This document shows positions 26,336 to 39,104 of a DNA stretch of 64,000 nucleotides, in pieces. The DNA lies in assembly GCA_002633005.1 (NCBI GenBank), contig NMRA01000033.1, forward strand, positions 1,040,968-1,104,967. Reading direction: 5' to 3'. This DNA is from Phoronis australis (Eukaryota > Animalia > Phoronida). A model generated the notes under the pieces. The model made no database searches. It was not told the origin of the DNA and was given only the letters and a program-made list of their open reading frames with translations. Within the stretch, counting starts at the first letter, position 1. Each line of letters starts with the position of its first letter. The translations under genes were made by a program, and so were the position numbers.

Positions 26336-29300
26336 TCAAGAATGCCTTCAAAAACCAGGTGGAAATAATCCCACAGTCGCGCCTCTTAATTGCAGGTTTG
26401 GCCGGTTTCAATATCAGGCATTATCATGTGTCTTACTCAGATAACGATTTGGTGACAGTTGAAGCTGAGGGTTTGAACGATTCAATGGCAGCGCCTCTAA
26501 ATTCCACCGTCCAGTCCCTACATGTAAGTCCTAGTTGCTTATCAGCAAACGCTCAACACGCGTCAAATCTCCTTACCACCGCCTATAAACGCCATTCGAG
26601 GGTTTTTTATATTTATTTTTGCCGGAGGATCGATTGTGGTTAGTAGGGGCCATCCACTGTTTTTAAAAGCGTACAAATTTCAGTAAATGCTCTGCGCTGT
26701 AACGGAAGAAATCTTATAGATCGCTAGTAAGTTTGTACCCCATATGATCAACGCTAATATTTTACCTTCATCTACCGGCTGGAGACCTGCAACCCAAAAC
26801 CATTTCGCGACTTCGTCTTACTATACATTCGTCATAGTTCATTTGAACAGCGCACCTCGTTCGCAAGTTGTTTATGTTCTTTTATGACCAGAACTTCCGC
26901 ATAGCAAATCATGGTCTGTCCCCCTCCCCCCCTCATCGCGAATCTGGTAGTACGTCCAAACATCCATTGGGCACTGGGTTTCAGAAATCGATTAAAACTT
27001 TTGTGTCATCGTATGCTTCTGCATTGTACCTACAAATATGCATGTTCACCTGGTCTTCAAATTTTTGTATACTCATTGCCTTCAAGAGCTCTTATAGTAC
27101 GCTCATGTGCCTAATGTAGACCAGCTGACTATATGAAGGTCTTTTAAATGACGCGGAAATGGCTGCAATGCATGTAATTCTGGAACGAGGAATAACACAA
27201 TTTTAAAACAGCGTCTAGTTGAAAGGATCCAAGATTTTGAGTTAAGGGGGCCAGGCCAGAGTATTGGCTGGGATTTTGCCTGTCAGACATCCGCAGCCTT
27301 AAACTGCCAAATGGAATCTGGGAGAATTTTAGGGAGGCCATGGCCCCATTGCCCCCTCCCCTAAATTAATCCGCCACATGATACACCAAGAATGGCAAAA
27401 TGAGTTGCGATGGGTGTTTTTGTTGACGTAGACATTTCTCTTTACAACATGCCAATACTGTTCGGTTTGTTACCAACTGGGACTCTGCACTCGCATAAGA
27501 ATACTTTAATCATTATGAAACACCGGAATAGCGACTGGAAAGCCGAAAAGACCCTTCCTACTAATGGCTTAAACATGAAAACTATGAAATAGTGCGGTTA
27601 AATTGTGGCTAAACTGGTCTCCGGAATGTCTATGCCGTGACAGCAAATAATGTCTTCTACGTGCAACCAATAAGAATGAATGATCTACTTTGGGGATGAA
27701 AATCGCTGTTTCATATACAGCATGAGCAGGTTTGAAATATCTTTTGTATGACCGTGGACTGGGTAAAAAGGTTACGTTTTAGAAAGTAATGTCCCTTTAA
27801 ATCCTAAATGCTAAATTGTATAGAATGTGTAGTACCTGTAGCATGTGGTATAGTTTCTCCTTGTGGAATCTTGACATTGCATGCTGGGCGAGTCGTTCAA
27901 ACGCCGATAGCTGTCTCTGCAGGTTCTCATTTTGTGACGCCCTGGTACCCTGTTCCATGTTTTGTGGGCGTGTCTGCAAATGAGGCAACATATTTCTCTT
28001 CACTCATTATAAACGGCCAGTGTTCTGGTACCTTAATGAACTGTGTTTTGTTCGGCGCATGTTAAATATTCACAAAAAACACGATCACGTTTCAAACGTG
28101 ACAATACCTGCCGGCACACAGAAATACATAATATGTTAAGGCTATAATCAAGTCGAAACAAATCGAATATTTGAGAGCCATCAAATATTAATACATTAGC
28201 AGAGGATTTATTTTATTCAGGAGTTTAAATTGACGCCTGCCTTTTCGAGTGTACGAGACATATCTGGTCGATAAGTGTTACCACCATACGCCAAAACCCA
28301 CTTACCATGTAGATGAACAAGAACCTGATCAGGGTTCAGGCTTCACTACAGCATTGGCTCCCCCTTTAGGGATTCAGACTCTGTTAATTACGCGTAAAAC
28401 GCTTTGAAATCCAGTAACATACATGTACATTGGTATTGTCTAGAATTTGTGTTGAGCGACTCGGGGGGCTATCGGGAAACTCATTTCTGTGGTAGTCTGC
28501 TAACTAGGAGCTCCAAAGGTGCTATTTCTGCCTCTGGTCAAACCGGAGCCGTCCCAGACGCATGTGTCGGTCCATCACTCATATATACCATTGCTTAGAT
28601 ACAAATAATAAACCAAAATACACAAACGGTTTAGTTGCTTTGTTTACTTACATAATACGCCTTCAATAAGTCTTCATCCGACATAGTCTCGTTTTGTTCT
28701 CAAACCTTTCCCGTTCAAGATTCTCGGACCCTCTTGTTCTAGTCAGCGTGTCCAATCTTAGCCATTTCCATCTAATTTACAGTAACTTCACGAGTGTTTC
28801 ACATGATGGCTAGATGTCATTAACTGCAAAAATGTCCAGAATTCGAGAGACCTGCATCTTGATGTCCCATACATTCCTCAGGCAGCAAGACAAAATCAAA
28901 GCAACCGATAACAGTTTCTCAGAAACCTACCACATGTTTTTGTTAATTTCTCCAGGCGTAACCTAGGCCAACTTCCTGAAACTCTACAGCATTGCCTATG
29001 CCATTCATAACAATCAACCTATTTCAAATTGTCTAGCGAATTAATCAATACCACTCCCAACTGCATCAAAAAGTCGACAATACGGCAGAGTCTACTGACG
29101 TGTCAACTCATTGTGAGAATAACTACGGCGTTAGATAATATACTGTATGTTGTCTAATGACGCAACGGAGCTACATGTACACTGTAGGTGTCGCTGTTCA
29201 GTGGCAATGACAGGCCCTCCTTTGAGAGTGAATTTGTCTGCATATAAAAATGGATTGTTTTCCAAAGGACGGTGACTAAGATAGCACATGTTGCGGCTTA

Positions 29301-30720
29301 GTAGGAACTGAGTAGCATATAATATTTTTAAGCTTCAGTTTCACTATACAATGAAGACTTCTCAGTGCATGTAGGTGTTGTAATACGAGTATGGCGACCC
29401 GGTTGAACGCAGCCCCAAACACTCAGGGCTACCGAATTCCGAGACTCTTGTCAGTCAATGAGTCCTCATTAGAGATTCCCATTCTCAATGGGATCAAAAC
29501 AGGGAAGGTAAAATGACGACGTGAAGCCCAGCAATCTTTTCAAATCGAACGTACATGTAAGAGCGATAGGTAGACGAAAAAAATACTTACGATGATGTTT
29601 TGTTTTGTCCGCCTGTAATAACAGTCTCACTTCTCCACACACGTTCCACTTTTACCTGGAGATAAAAGTTTAAACTCGATTATCTATCATTAATAGAACC
29701 CTGTAAGTTACTCGCGTTTGAGATATCCGTCATTTTTGATTGGCGAAGCAGTAGGTAGCGAAGATAGATGTGAGGCGATTTGATCGAAGCATTTTTATCA
29801 AAGATAGGCCTATGATCATACTATAATTTATAACGCATAACCTATTGCTATAATAAATTACCTATAGCCTTCGAAATTGATTCATTCCACCAATGACGCA
29901 AATTGGCATTTGGCAGACATACAATATCTCGATGTGTAATAATCACGTAACACTAATTCATGGTATAACAGTTTGATATCGATTCCGCTACTTCGCCACC
30001 GTTCCGTTTTAACTGTATAGTTACCTTGTGGTAGTCTAGACTACAATCGAACACTAGAGCTGAAACTGTCTTGAACCGTCCAATCGTGTGATTCCTCTGG
30101 CTAGTTGGTCTCTCGCATTACCTGGTTTCATTCGCCTGCATTACGCCAGTAAGTTAGCTAAATGTACCCTGAATTACCAATCGCTTTTCCACACGCAATG
30201 TTCTTTGGTGGCCCGTAAGATAGGCCTACTCGGTTCGGCGGTCAAGGCTAAATCCAATAGCAACTCCTCAATAGCCTTGCAACAAAGGGGCTTTAGAAAA
30301 ACAAATATAAAACGTTCTACGCGCCTGCTACACTCGGCAAATATATCCCGAAGTGGTATAATCACGTATAGAATCGGTAGACGAGGTGTTTGTTGACATA
30401 AGGATGACTATCTAAGTTCGCCGTTAACAAAGCAATCAATCAGATATACTTTTCGGTCGATTTTGAACTTCATGACAAGTAAATCGTAATTATCGTTTGA
30501 CTACAAGCGTAATACATCTTGCAGTTTTGCAAGCTATAGGGAGACTAGATACAATGTACTTTAGGATTTGAAAAAATGTTTTTCTTCGACGAGAAAATTT
30601 CTCCATTAAACAGGAGCGTCCGCAATCAATGATTACACTAACGGCTTTCAGAGGAGAAGTTGCGAATCCAATCTCACTGTACTGACCGATGCTTTCCTTG
30701 AAGGCATTTTGTTCTTAATA

Positions 30721-31135
30721 CAGGTTGTCCCAAAATGTTGTATCCACACTTCAAATGACAACCACTGGGCTTTTTGTTGACCAAGGAACATGAGCACTGG
30801 TTTAGATTAATAAAACTATGTGATTAATGGAAATTAATTCTTTTAAAACAAAATAAATGCGAATTTCTTTTAACTTGTTGCATTTCCCTGACGTTTTTTG
30901 AGTTCCAGAAGTAGCAGTTCACAATAAATTTCCGTTCTCCAAACCCGAGTCGCTTGTGCATAGAGCACACAGGACAGTTAACGCGGCTACTCCTACTGCA
31001 AGGTGTAACCATAGATAAAATACATGTACATGTATCTATGCAGTAGGCATACCGTAGGGCTGGTAAAGAATCTGAGCCACATGAACTGAATTGGAACTCC
31101 CAACCCTGAAGTGCGAGACATAACGGGACACGCTG
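30721..31135. mobile_element. decayed Tc1/mariner-type MITE
   Basis: TA|CAGGTTGTCCCAAAATG left end, also seen at 47957 as TA|CAGGGTGTCCCAAAATG; possible right end GGGACACGCTG at 31125-31135, but the right TA is not intact. Confidence 0.4.
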
Positions 31136-31278
31136 TTTACGCATTTTCATGGTGAACAAACGAACAGAACAAAAAAAACACATTGTACGACACCAATTTT
31201 TATTTCAAATGACATAAGAGTCATCTAGTACTATAAATAACGTGACACAAACCAAAATGAAAGCGCTCCGAGGAGCGG

Positions 31279-31582
31279 CACTTGGCGAAATTAACAGAAA
31301 AGACGACGATAGAGATGATGTCGAAGAAGACGAATATGACGACGATGGTGCCAACAATTCAAGTAATGATAATATTCACAAGACGAACGTAGAGGCCAGA
31401 CATCAGAAAGTATACGCTACAGTCTTGAACGACACTTGGCGAAATTAATTGAAAAGACGACGAATGAGATGATGAAAAAGATGACGAATATGATGACGAT
31501 GGTGATGATGCTGAACAACATCATAACATTCATATGAAGCACTTAGATGTCATAAATCAGCAAGAAATAGGCTACATTCTTG
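31279..31582. repeat. diverged tandem duplication, 2 x ~154 bp, GAC/GAT-rich
   Basis: CACTTGGCGAAATTAA..GAAAAGACGACGA starts at 31279 and at 31433. Confidence 0.8.
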
Positions 31583-32689
31583 TTCAATAGAAACTAAACC
31601 AACATCAATGCAGCAAGAGCGCTCAACAAAGGAAAATCTCGAATAATTCAAAAAGTAGACGTCCTAGCAAAAAATGGAAAACATCTTCTGAAAGCCCGTT
31701 CAAAACTCTATACAAACTGATGGTATCGCCTAATTCCGTAAATTTTTCGAAAAAATGAAATTTTGCGTTTTTTTAGAATTGCAAAGTCAAATAACTCGAA
31801 AACGGTAAGTCTGAGAAAAAACTTGTTCCATACCATTTGAAAGAGTATACCTCAAAGAATCCACATGCAAAAAATCATAATAATTCGTCAGTACAATATC
31901 TCAAAAGTATGCTAAACCGTCACTGTTCCGATGATTTCAACCAATCCTCGTTTTGTTACATGCTATTGTATCATGGGAGTCAATGTTGCAAGCTAAAGGC
32001 AGAAATCAGCCAAAACTCCTACTCCCCATCTCACAAAGTGGATGTTGTGCTCCTTGATGGGAGGGCTTTTCCCAGAATTGCCGTGTAATTCGCTAAAAGC
32101 GTACATGTAGGTCACGCTTGCCGTTTACCAGACTTAGAAAAGAGAAGAGTTTTCAAATTTTCCGCCAAACTTTTGACGGTTGTCGAGGAATACATATCAT
32201 TATTTTGTTTCAGGAAACTGCGTGCGAAAGTCGTTTTATAGTATCTGTTAATATGCAAAAAACTGGGTTTGCTATCCTTTTAACTAAAACGAGACAGCAA
32301 ATTTGTAAGGGTCATTATTATGTCGAACACACAAAATCCGACGCAATCGAAGATTTCTCCTACACCCTCTGGAAGCAGCGTTTGGAAGGAGTTACCCGTT
32401 AGAGGACGTTATGGAAACTGAAATTTTAGGAGATGGCAAAACGTGGAATGCTTCCTCTAGGCAGCAGTACTGTTGTTGCATTAGGGTCACTGCAGATGGA
32501 GAGTTACAAGCTGAGCTAAGCAGTTTACCTCACGTGAAATTTACCTCCCGACATTGTTACAAACACACTAAGTCAAAATGCCCATTGACTGTAATCATGA
32601 TGCGTTAAAATGCAGCACACAGCGTTCAGATTTGACGTTAGATATGAGCGGATATCATTTTCGTTCGGGGCATTTAGTCTGCCTCTGCG

Positions 32690-33250
32690 CTCGCTGGTTC
32701 CCTGCGTGCTTAGCCCAGCCAGCACGCAGGTATCACCTAGTGGCACGTGCTTTAGCATTGGTCGATGTAATCTTGGCAGTCATTGGTTAGCTTTACAACA
32801 CCGTGAAAAAATGGCGGACTGTGAACGATTTTTAGCCTTCGTTTCTGAAGTGATGTTTAATAGCCGCGTGCTTGAAGCACATACATGCACAATAAACACA
32901 TATTATGTGGCCGATTTAACCGGTGTGTTATTCATACTGTATAAGGACACTATCGTAAACAAAAGTCATCGACAGTAGAAAGATGTATTCCGAAAAGGCT
33001 CAATATTACAATTTCTAGGCTTCACATTTCCTGAACATAATTTTAAGCACCGATTTGTCTGTACAACAGACCACATTTACACTTCAGTCCATCAGTCATG
33101 CCAGTTTGTTTGCGCAAAGCGCTGCCTGTTGAGAATTCGACTAGCCAATCAGAAACGCCGGTGTAAAAAAATTTACAGAGGAAATTTAAGTGATACCTGC
33201 GTGCTGGCGCGGCTACCGCCCCATCTAGCGGCACGCAGGGAACCAGCGAG
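32690..33250. mobile_element. foldback/MITE-like element with hairpin-containing inverted ends, truncated by the assembly gap
   Basis: CTCGCTGGTTCCCTGCGTGC..GCCAGCACGCAGGTATCAC (32690-32736) is inverted at 33190-33250. Confidence 0.65.
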
Positions 33251-33611
33251 NNNNNNNNNNNNNNNNNNNNNNNNNNNNNNNNNNNNNNNNNNNNNNNNNN
33301 NNNNNNNNNNNNNNNNNNNNNNNNNNNNNNNNNNNNNNNNNNNNNNNNNNNNNNNNNNNNNNNNNNNNNNNNNNNNNNNNNNNNNNNNNNNNNNNNNNNN
33401 NNNNNNNNNNNNNNNNNNNNNNNNNNNNNNNNNNNNNNNNNNNNNNNNNNNNNNNNNNNNNNNNNNNNNNNNNNNNNNNNNNNNNNNNNNNNNNNNNNNN
33501 NNNNNNNNNNNNNNNNNNNNNNNNNNNNNNNNNNNNNNNNNNNNNNNNNNNNNNNNNNNNNNNNNNNNNNNNNNNNNNNNNNNNNNNNNNNNNNNNNNNN
33601 NNNNNNNNNNN
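33251..33611. other. assembly gap (N run)
   Basis: N characters; followed by a (CT)n microsatellite at 33612-33646. Confidence 1.
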
Positions 33612-33650
<39 letters not shown>

Positions 33651-34388
33651 CCGTAACCACGCAATGGGATCTCCATGCCAGTTCTGACGTAACAATTTTG
33701 TTCCAATATTCTAGTAATACTTAAAATCGCCATATTAAACTAACGTATTGTTCATAACAATAAGTAACTGGCTCATAGGCTCATTAGTAGATATGCTGCG
33801 TGCAACAATTAATAAATAACTGGAATTATGATGATCCTAAACACAGACAGAACATTGCCTGGTTAGGCTGCATCCTTGCGAGTGCTGCAAAATTGATACA
33901 AAAACATTCTCCCATTGGCGTCGCGCTTTTTAGCCTCGTTATGGTGGGTTGGTACGGTGAACTCACGCCACAACGACTTGCTTCAAATCGAAGGCTCCTT
34001 TAGTCTCTTGTTGTGATAAAAATCAGCTCCAATTCACCGATTTTGTTCATTGAAGACGTCAATCTAGTTATTTCTTCAACAGTGGGTCACCGTTGGCTAC
34101 CTATAGAGGAGCCTAACGTTTTTCTATTGTGTGGTTGTTTACAAAAAACAATAACAGAATTGTGTACCTCTTACTGTAACGTTGGACTAAAGTAACCTTT
34201 TTGCGACGAACAAAACAATTACAATGACCCCGTCCCACCTTCTGTGTTGTCGTTACCAACTGACATTTGTTATTGGACTTTGAGTAGCCAGTTTCTAGGC
34301 AGACAAAGCTCTGTTAGGTTGGTAACAAACTGAGAGCAAGACGTTTTTGTAGCGACAGGCATTGAATTTTAAGCGAATCATCGTAAAA

Positions 34389-34460
34389 ATGGCTGAGCAA
34401 GCAGAACAAGTAGTTGATTTGGTCAACCGCGACCCCAACAGCATAAACGACAATGTGAAC
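34389..34460 (+). CDS. CAV: caveolin gene A, coding exon 1 (MAEQAEQVVDLVNRDPNSINDNVN)
   Basis: AAAATGG start context; DLVNRDP motif typical of caveolins; phase-0 donor AAC|GTAAGT at 34461. Confidence 0.9.
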
Positions 34461-34718
34461 GTAAGTAATTTTAAAACATTTGTTAAGTCGTTAACATCGA
34501 GTTTTCTATGATGGATATTTGTTCTTGAACACTGCGAGGCAAATACTGAACCATCACGTGATCATATTCATCAATCTATGTATAAGACTGTCCAATTAAG
34601 TATTTCAAATTCATTCGGTGTGGTAGCAAAAGTAGATTTCAGCTATTGTGTTAAAAAATGAATTATCGTTGACAATTGAACATTTTGTTCATTTTAAACA
34701 AAAAAATTCTGGAAGCAG

Positions 34719-34845
34719 TAAGCCGTTCAGTAGCGCTAGGAAGACGCTAAAAAGCAAGATTTCGTGAGATTACGTGAGATATTGCCGTGCATTTCAAAAT
34801 AGAACACGTGATTTTGGTTAGACTTTAGCGTTACTGAACTCTACT
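34719..34845 (+). mobile_element. CNG-flanked MITE family, copy B (diverged, in caveolin A intron)
   Basis: shares the GCTAAAAAGCAAGA..GAGATTACGTGAGATATTGCCGTGC core; flanks CAG / CAG. Confidence 0.8.
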
Positions 34846-35173
34846 CAGGTGTTCATCAGAATCTTTGGCAGTCATTTATTCTGCATAAAGAACAAGTTTA
34901 AACAACTGCAACGAGATCCAACTGAAAAAGCATAACGAGGCAAAAATGAGTGAAATACCTACAGGTATGTGTAAGTATGCAATTTTTAGTAGAGCAGCCA
35001 GGCATTGATACAACGATTAGCGAATTGCTCAAATCGTATTTTGGTATGCGACGGAATTACATGTAATATTGCAGTCTTAAGAATACTCCGAATCTTCTTA
35101 CATGTACAAGAACTACCAATGAAAATTTGATTATCTCATAAAGTACATTTTATGGTTTTTGGTGTTTCTCCAG

Positions 35174-35506
35174 GTAGTATTTGAGGACGTGATCGCTGAG
35201 CCCGAATCCGCCCACTCCATTGACTGCGTTTGGGTCAACGCCTACAAATGTTTCACTGGCGGCAAGAAATGTTGCTACCTTACCCTCTCCACCATCTGTG
35301 GTCTACCGATGGCTCTGTGTTGGGGATGCGAATTCGCCTGCATCACCTTCTGCTTCGTCTGGGATGCCGTGCCATGTTTCAAGTCTTGTGACCTCATCTG
35401 TGGGTGCTTGGTCAAATTCTACAACACCTGTATCGTTTGCTGCCTGGCACCACTGTTCGAAACGATCGGCCTCATGTTCTCCAAAATTGTCGTCAAGCAA
35501 GGATAG
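35174..35506 (+). CDS. CAV: caveolin gene A, coding exon 2 (full protein 134 aa)
   Basis: acceptor TTTCTCCAG|; exact caveolin signature FEDVIAEP, HSIDCVW scaffolding region, GLPMAL hairpin, VPCFKS; ends at TAG. Confidence 0.95.
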   Translation, partial: VVFEDVIAEPESAHSIDCVWVNAYKCFTGGKKCCYLTLSTICGLPMALCWGCEFACITFCFVWDAVPCFKSCDLICGCLVKFYNTCIVCCLAPLFETIGLMFSKIVVKQG

Positions 35507-36548
35507 ATGGCGCCACATGAAAAGGCGACCTGCGGTGTTAACGCAGCAAATCATTTCGTGTGGCATGGACATACTTTTCTGTGATGTTTAATTGCTATAA
35601 TTTAGTGTCAAATATTATGTACAACACCAAAATGTGAGTAACGATATTTTCGAAATGGAATAGAATGCAATTTTGCAGAAACGTTTGTGTTTTATTGCTT
35701 TTTGTCATTATAACTTGCTCTTTCATCAAAAATCAAGAAAGTTTAATTCTGTCTTATATATTGAACCATGTCAGTTTCGCAAACATCTCTTTTAATGCCA
35801 ATTTGGCGGCATGGTGGTTGCAAAAATATTAAAATCACTGGAAAGTATCTCACTCAATTTATCCATAGAAGAAGTTCAACATAAACAGAGGCAAAAACAT
35901 GCAAAGAAATGTAGGACCATTTTACACATTCATGCGCACACGCACGCTTGTGAACAAACACACATCTCAAGACCAGTTGTCAAATTTAACACTAACCAAT
36001 ATCCAAAGAAATGAAAAGCCAAAGATGATTCTTTTATATTCAAAGTTTCCGTAATCAGCATACTCGGTAGCAGCCCTACGTTAAAAAACGCTCAAAAAGT
36101 GCGGTACATGTATGTCTATTCTGTATTTCCTAGCTAAGTATAGATGACGCTGTATGTCAAGTGTTGTAACAGATTGTCACAACTACTCTAATAGTTCGTT
36201 ATTAAGAATACACGTTTCCTGTCATAAGACCTCTTTGTTCCCTCTCTAATTGAACCCCAGGTACATAATATTTAACTTGAATGAAAACGCTACTGTAGAT
36301 GTACATGTTTCCATAATGAAGACATTTTTCCACTTGAAATGAACTACTGTGTTATCGTCTTCCTTAAAATGTTCCGATGAAGGAGTAACATTTCTGGGCC
36401 TTTGGTGCTAAGTATGATATTATCCAAACAAATGACTAAATTAATCATAGTTGACTCGTTCGTGTAATTTACCAAAGAAAACATCTCTTTACGAGAGATT
36501 ATTAAGTAAAAAGTGTTGTGTGATCTCAAAAATTACTTCTCATTGTAT

Positions 36549-36617
36549 ACACATACACGCGCGCGCACACACACACACACGCGCGCGCACACACACGCAC
36601 ACGCACACACACATACA
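36549..36617. repeat. (CA)n/(CG)n compound microsatellite
   Basis: direct reading. Confidence 0.9.
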
Positions 36618-36863
36618 TTTAAAAAGAATGCCACCCGTTTTAATTAGTTTTTTTACCGTCTTAATCGGTCCCTATCCCCATCACCTCGTACATGTATATA
36701 CGGTCGATCTTGTACCTCGCTGAGAGGTGTCGCGTTAACCTGTGAGGAAGGCGAGAAACAACGCAGCGACGTCACTGTTCTTCTGCAGAGTCATGAGTGC
36801 CGCTATGGTGACATGTATCGTTACCGCTTAATTGCCCGAACTAAGAAGATGCGAGAAAAGCAA

Positions 36864-37001
36864 CCTCCCGTTCAGTAACTCTAGGACCTCGCTAAAAAGC
36901 AAGTCTTCGCGGAATTACGTGAGATATTGCCGTGTATTTTGAATGAGAACACGTAACTTAGGTTAGATTTTTGCTAGGTCCTAGCGTTACTGAACGCACG
37001 C
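36864..37001 (+). mobile_element. CNG-flanked MITE family, copy C (138 bp)
   Basis: CCTCCCGTTCAGTAAC.. to ..CTAGCGTTACTGAACGCACGC; flanks CAA / CGG. Confidence 0.9.
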
Positions 37002-38066
37002 CGGGTAGGCCTACTTTGTTTTTTCGATTTCCTCGAAACCCCGTAATTCTTCGGAAGTGGCTCACGTAGCCTACGGCAGTGAACAGTGAAAAGTGCGTAG
37101 TCTGTGGCCGGCATTTCGTAGTGATATCACTGATGAATGGAGCCGGGCTTACCAAACAGCTCATGCCAGGGAAGAAAAAGAGATTGAGGCTGAGGTTAGA
37201 TGGTGTACCTAGTGTGTTTGCGTTCGGCAGGTAGGAGGTAAAGAAACGCGGATCAGTTGTTGATCGGTTTTTGATTATGGAGTATTGTAAGCAAGTAGAC
37301 CTACAGCTAATTCAAGGCACGAGAACATAATGTTTACATGATTACTTGTTTGATGACACTCGTTAACCAAAAGTCATGGCTAGGGGCGAATCAGTCTGGT
37401 ACATGTATGTGTTGTAGACTTACTATATGTTTGAGCCTGTTGTTTACTGTACAAGGCTACTTACGTGAAGCCTATAGATATCCAGTTCACAGTTACAATA
37501 TGTTACGGCAGCAATGCGAGGACAGCGCCAGGCATTTTCACGAAAGAGGTCGCTCTAGTCGGCTGGCGACTGTAATACACGCTATTGTTGGCTTTCTTAG
37601 TAAACACGGCGACAGGCACTTACTGGGCATATTCTGTAAAATGCCATTGTTATATCTACGGGTTTGGAGAGGTATGGTTCCGCGTGACGTAGACTTATTC
37701 CTTTCACAATTTCGTCAGAGATAAATTGACTGTGACGTACAAAATTGGCACTCTGTAATTAATAATTTGACTAAATGTCAATTCTATTATACTATTAAAA
37801 CGGAACTACAGTGTGAAAAACACCCCTACCTACATGTATACTTACTCGTTTTAGGTGGTCAATGCTTTAGCTTTACATTGAAACAGTGCTGCACGCAGGT
37901 TTAACCAAGGATGAGAGAATTTGAGGAGTGGAGCTTAAGCAATACTTGGTAAATTGGAACCGAGATTCATTATTACTTGTTTCATGTGTCACTGCCGTGT
38001 CATTTGTGATGTGCAGTGCTGACGAATATGACACATGATGCATCAGTAGTTAAATTATTTCAAAGA

Positions 38067-38309
38067 CAGTGGCAGATCTACGATTTCAGTAAGGGGGGGT
38101 TTAGGATTCGAGAGAATCCGAGGCGCCTAGCGCCGAGGAGAAGGAAGGTCGCGAGAGGGTTTCCCTCCTCCCGTGTAAGATTTTTTTGGGATTTTTAGTA
38201 GCTAATTTCGTTTTTCTGGCGATTTTTTTTCCAGTTTTTATTTTTGATCCTGTCCCGAGGGGGGGGGGGGGTTTAAACCCCCTGAACCCCCCCTGTAGAT
38301 CCGCCTCTG
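38067..38309 (+). mobile_element. MITE with CAGTGGCAGATCTAC / GTAGATCCGCCTCTG ends and apparent 5-bp TSD (hAT-like)
   Basis: imperfect TIRs; AAAGA at 38062-38066 and 38310-38314; second copy at 22704. Confidence 0.8.
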
Positions 38310-38877
38310 AAAGATATGACTTTTTTCAACTAAAAAGTCTGGCGCTATCTTTCAAGAGCAACAATGCTAAGAGTTGAAATTTTATCATTTTAAAGTTGTA
38401 ATGTAAACTGTGAGACCAAGGCCTACATGCAATAAACATTTCTGATTTGTGATTTACTTTATTTGCAGTTTTCTACAAACGTGCACTTATATTCTGAATT
38501 TTTACATTCCGTAGTAAGTTATTTTGCTTTCAAAGCAAACGCTTGTAAACTTTCTTCGATTCCTTCGGCTTAACACCAAGAGTGTACGTGTTTAATTTGA
38601 AAAAAATTCACGAACAAGGGGTGGACGTACATTTGCGCCGGAACTGGTCCAGCAGGTCCAGCGATGGTTGGAGCAATATTTTCCATAAAGTACGTCCGCA
38701 AAAAAGGCATTTTGAGGCCTTTACAATGCACCAAATGAAACTTTAATTCTCTTCGAATTCGGGTTGCAACGTTATCCACCAATGCAATTTGTTGCTCCAC
38801 TTGATGTATTTAGAAAGGCCGGCATGATCATTCTGGAATGAAAGAAATATGCAAACTATGTTCAAGATAAGAATTTG

Positions 38878-39104
38878 TATCGCGTAGTTCGCGTAGAGAT
38901 GATCATGTTATTTGGACTTAACAATATCATATAGTTCGCGTAGAGAGTGTTATTTGAACTTAACAATATCGCATAGTTCTCGTAGGGATGATCATGTTAT
39001 CTGGACTTAACAATATCGCATAGTTCTCGTAGGGATGATCATGTTATCTGGACTTAACAATATCGCATAGTTCGCGTAGGGATGATCATGTTATTTGGAC
39101 TTAA
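38878..39104. repeat. 47-bp minisatellite, ~5 copies
   Basis: unit TATCGCATAGTTCGCGTAGGGATGATCATGTTATTTGGACTTAACAA; second unit shorter. Confidence 0.92.

Noticed and set aside
24594-26643. plus-strand ORFs overlapping the coiled-coil gene (likewise 55639-57048 over TRPV and the alternative frames over the caveolins)
   Set aside because: Antisense or alternative-frame shadows of real CDSs.
31242-31448. acidic 68-aa ORF
   Set aside because: Derives from a GAC/GAT-rich 154-bp duplication; the frame stops early in the second copy.
33043-33695. long ORFs spanning N runs (also 60962-61406)
   Set aside because: Artefacts of assembly gaps.
37338-37724. 128-aa ORF, possible third caveolin or exon (also 39295-39941)
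   Set aside because: No caveolin motifs (NRDP, FEDV.EP) in the frames I translated and no recognisable domain.
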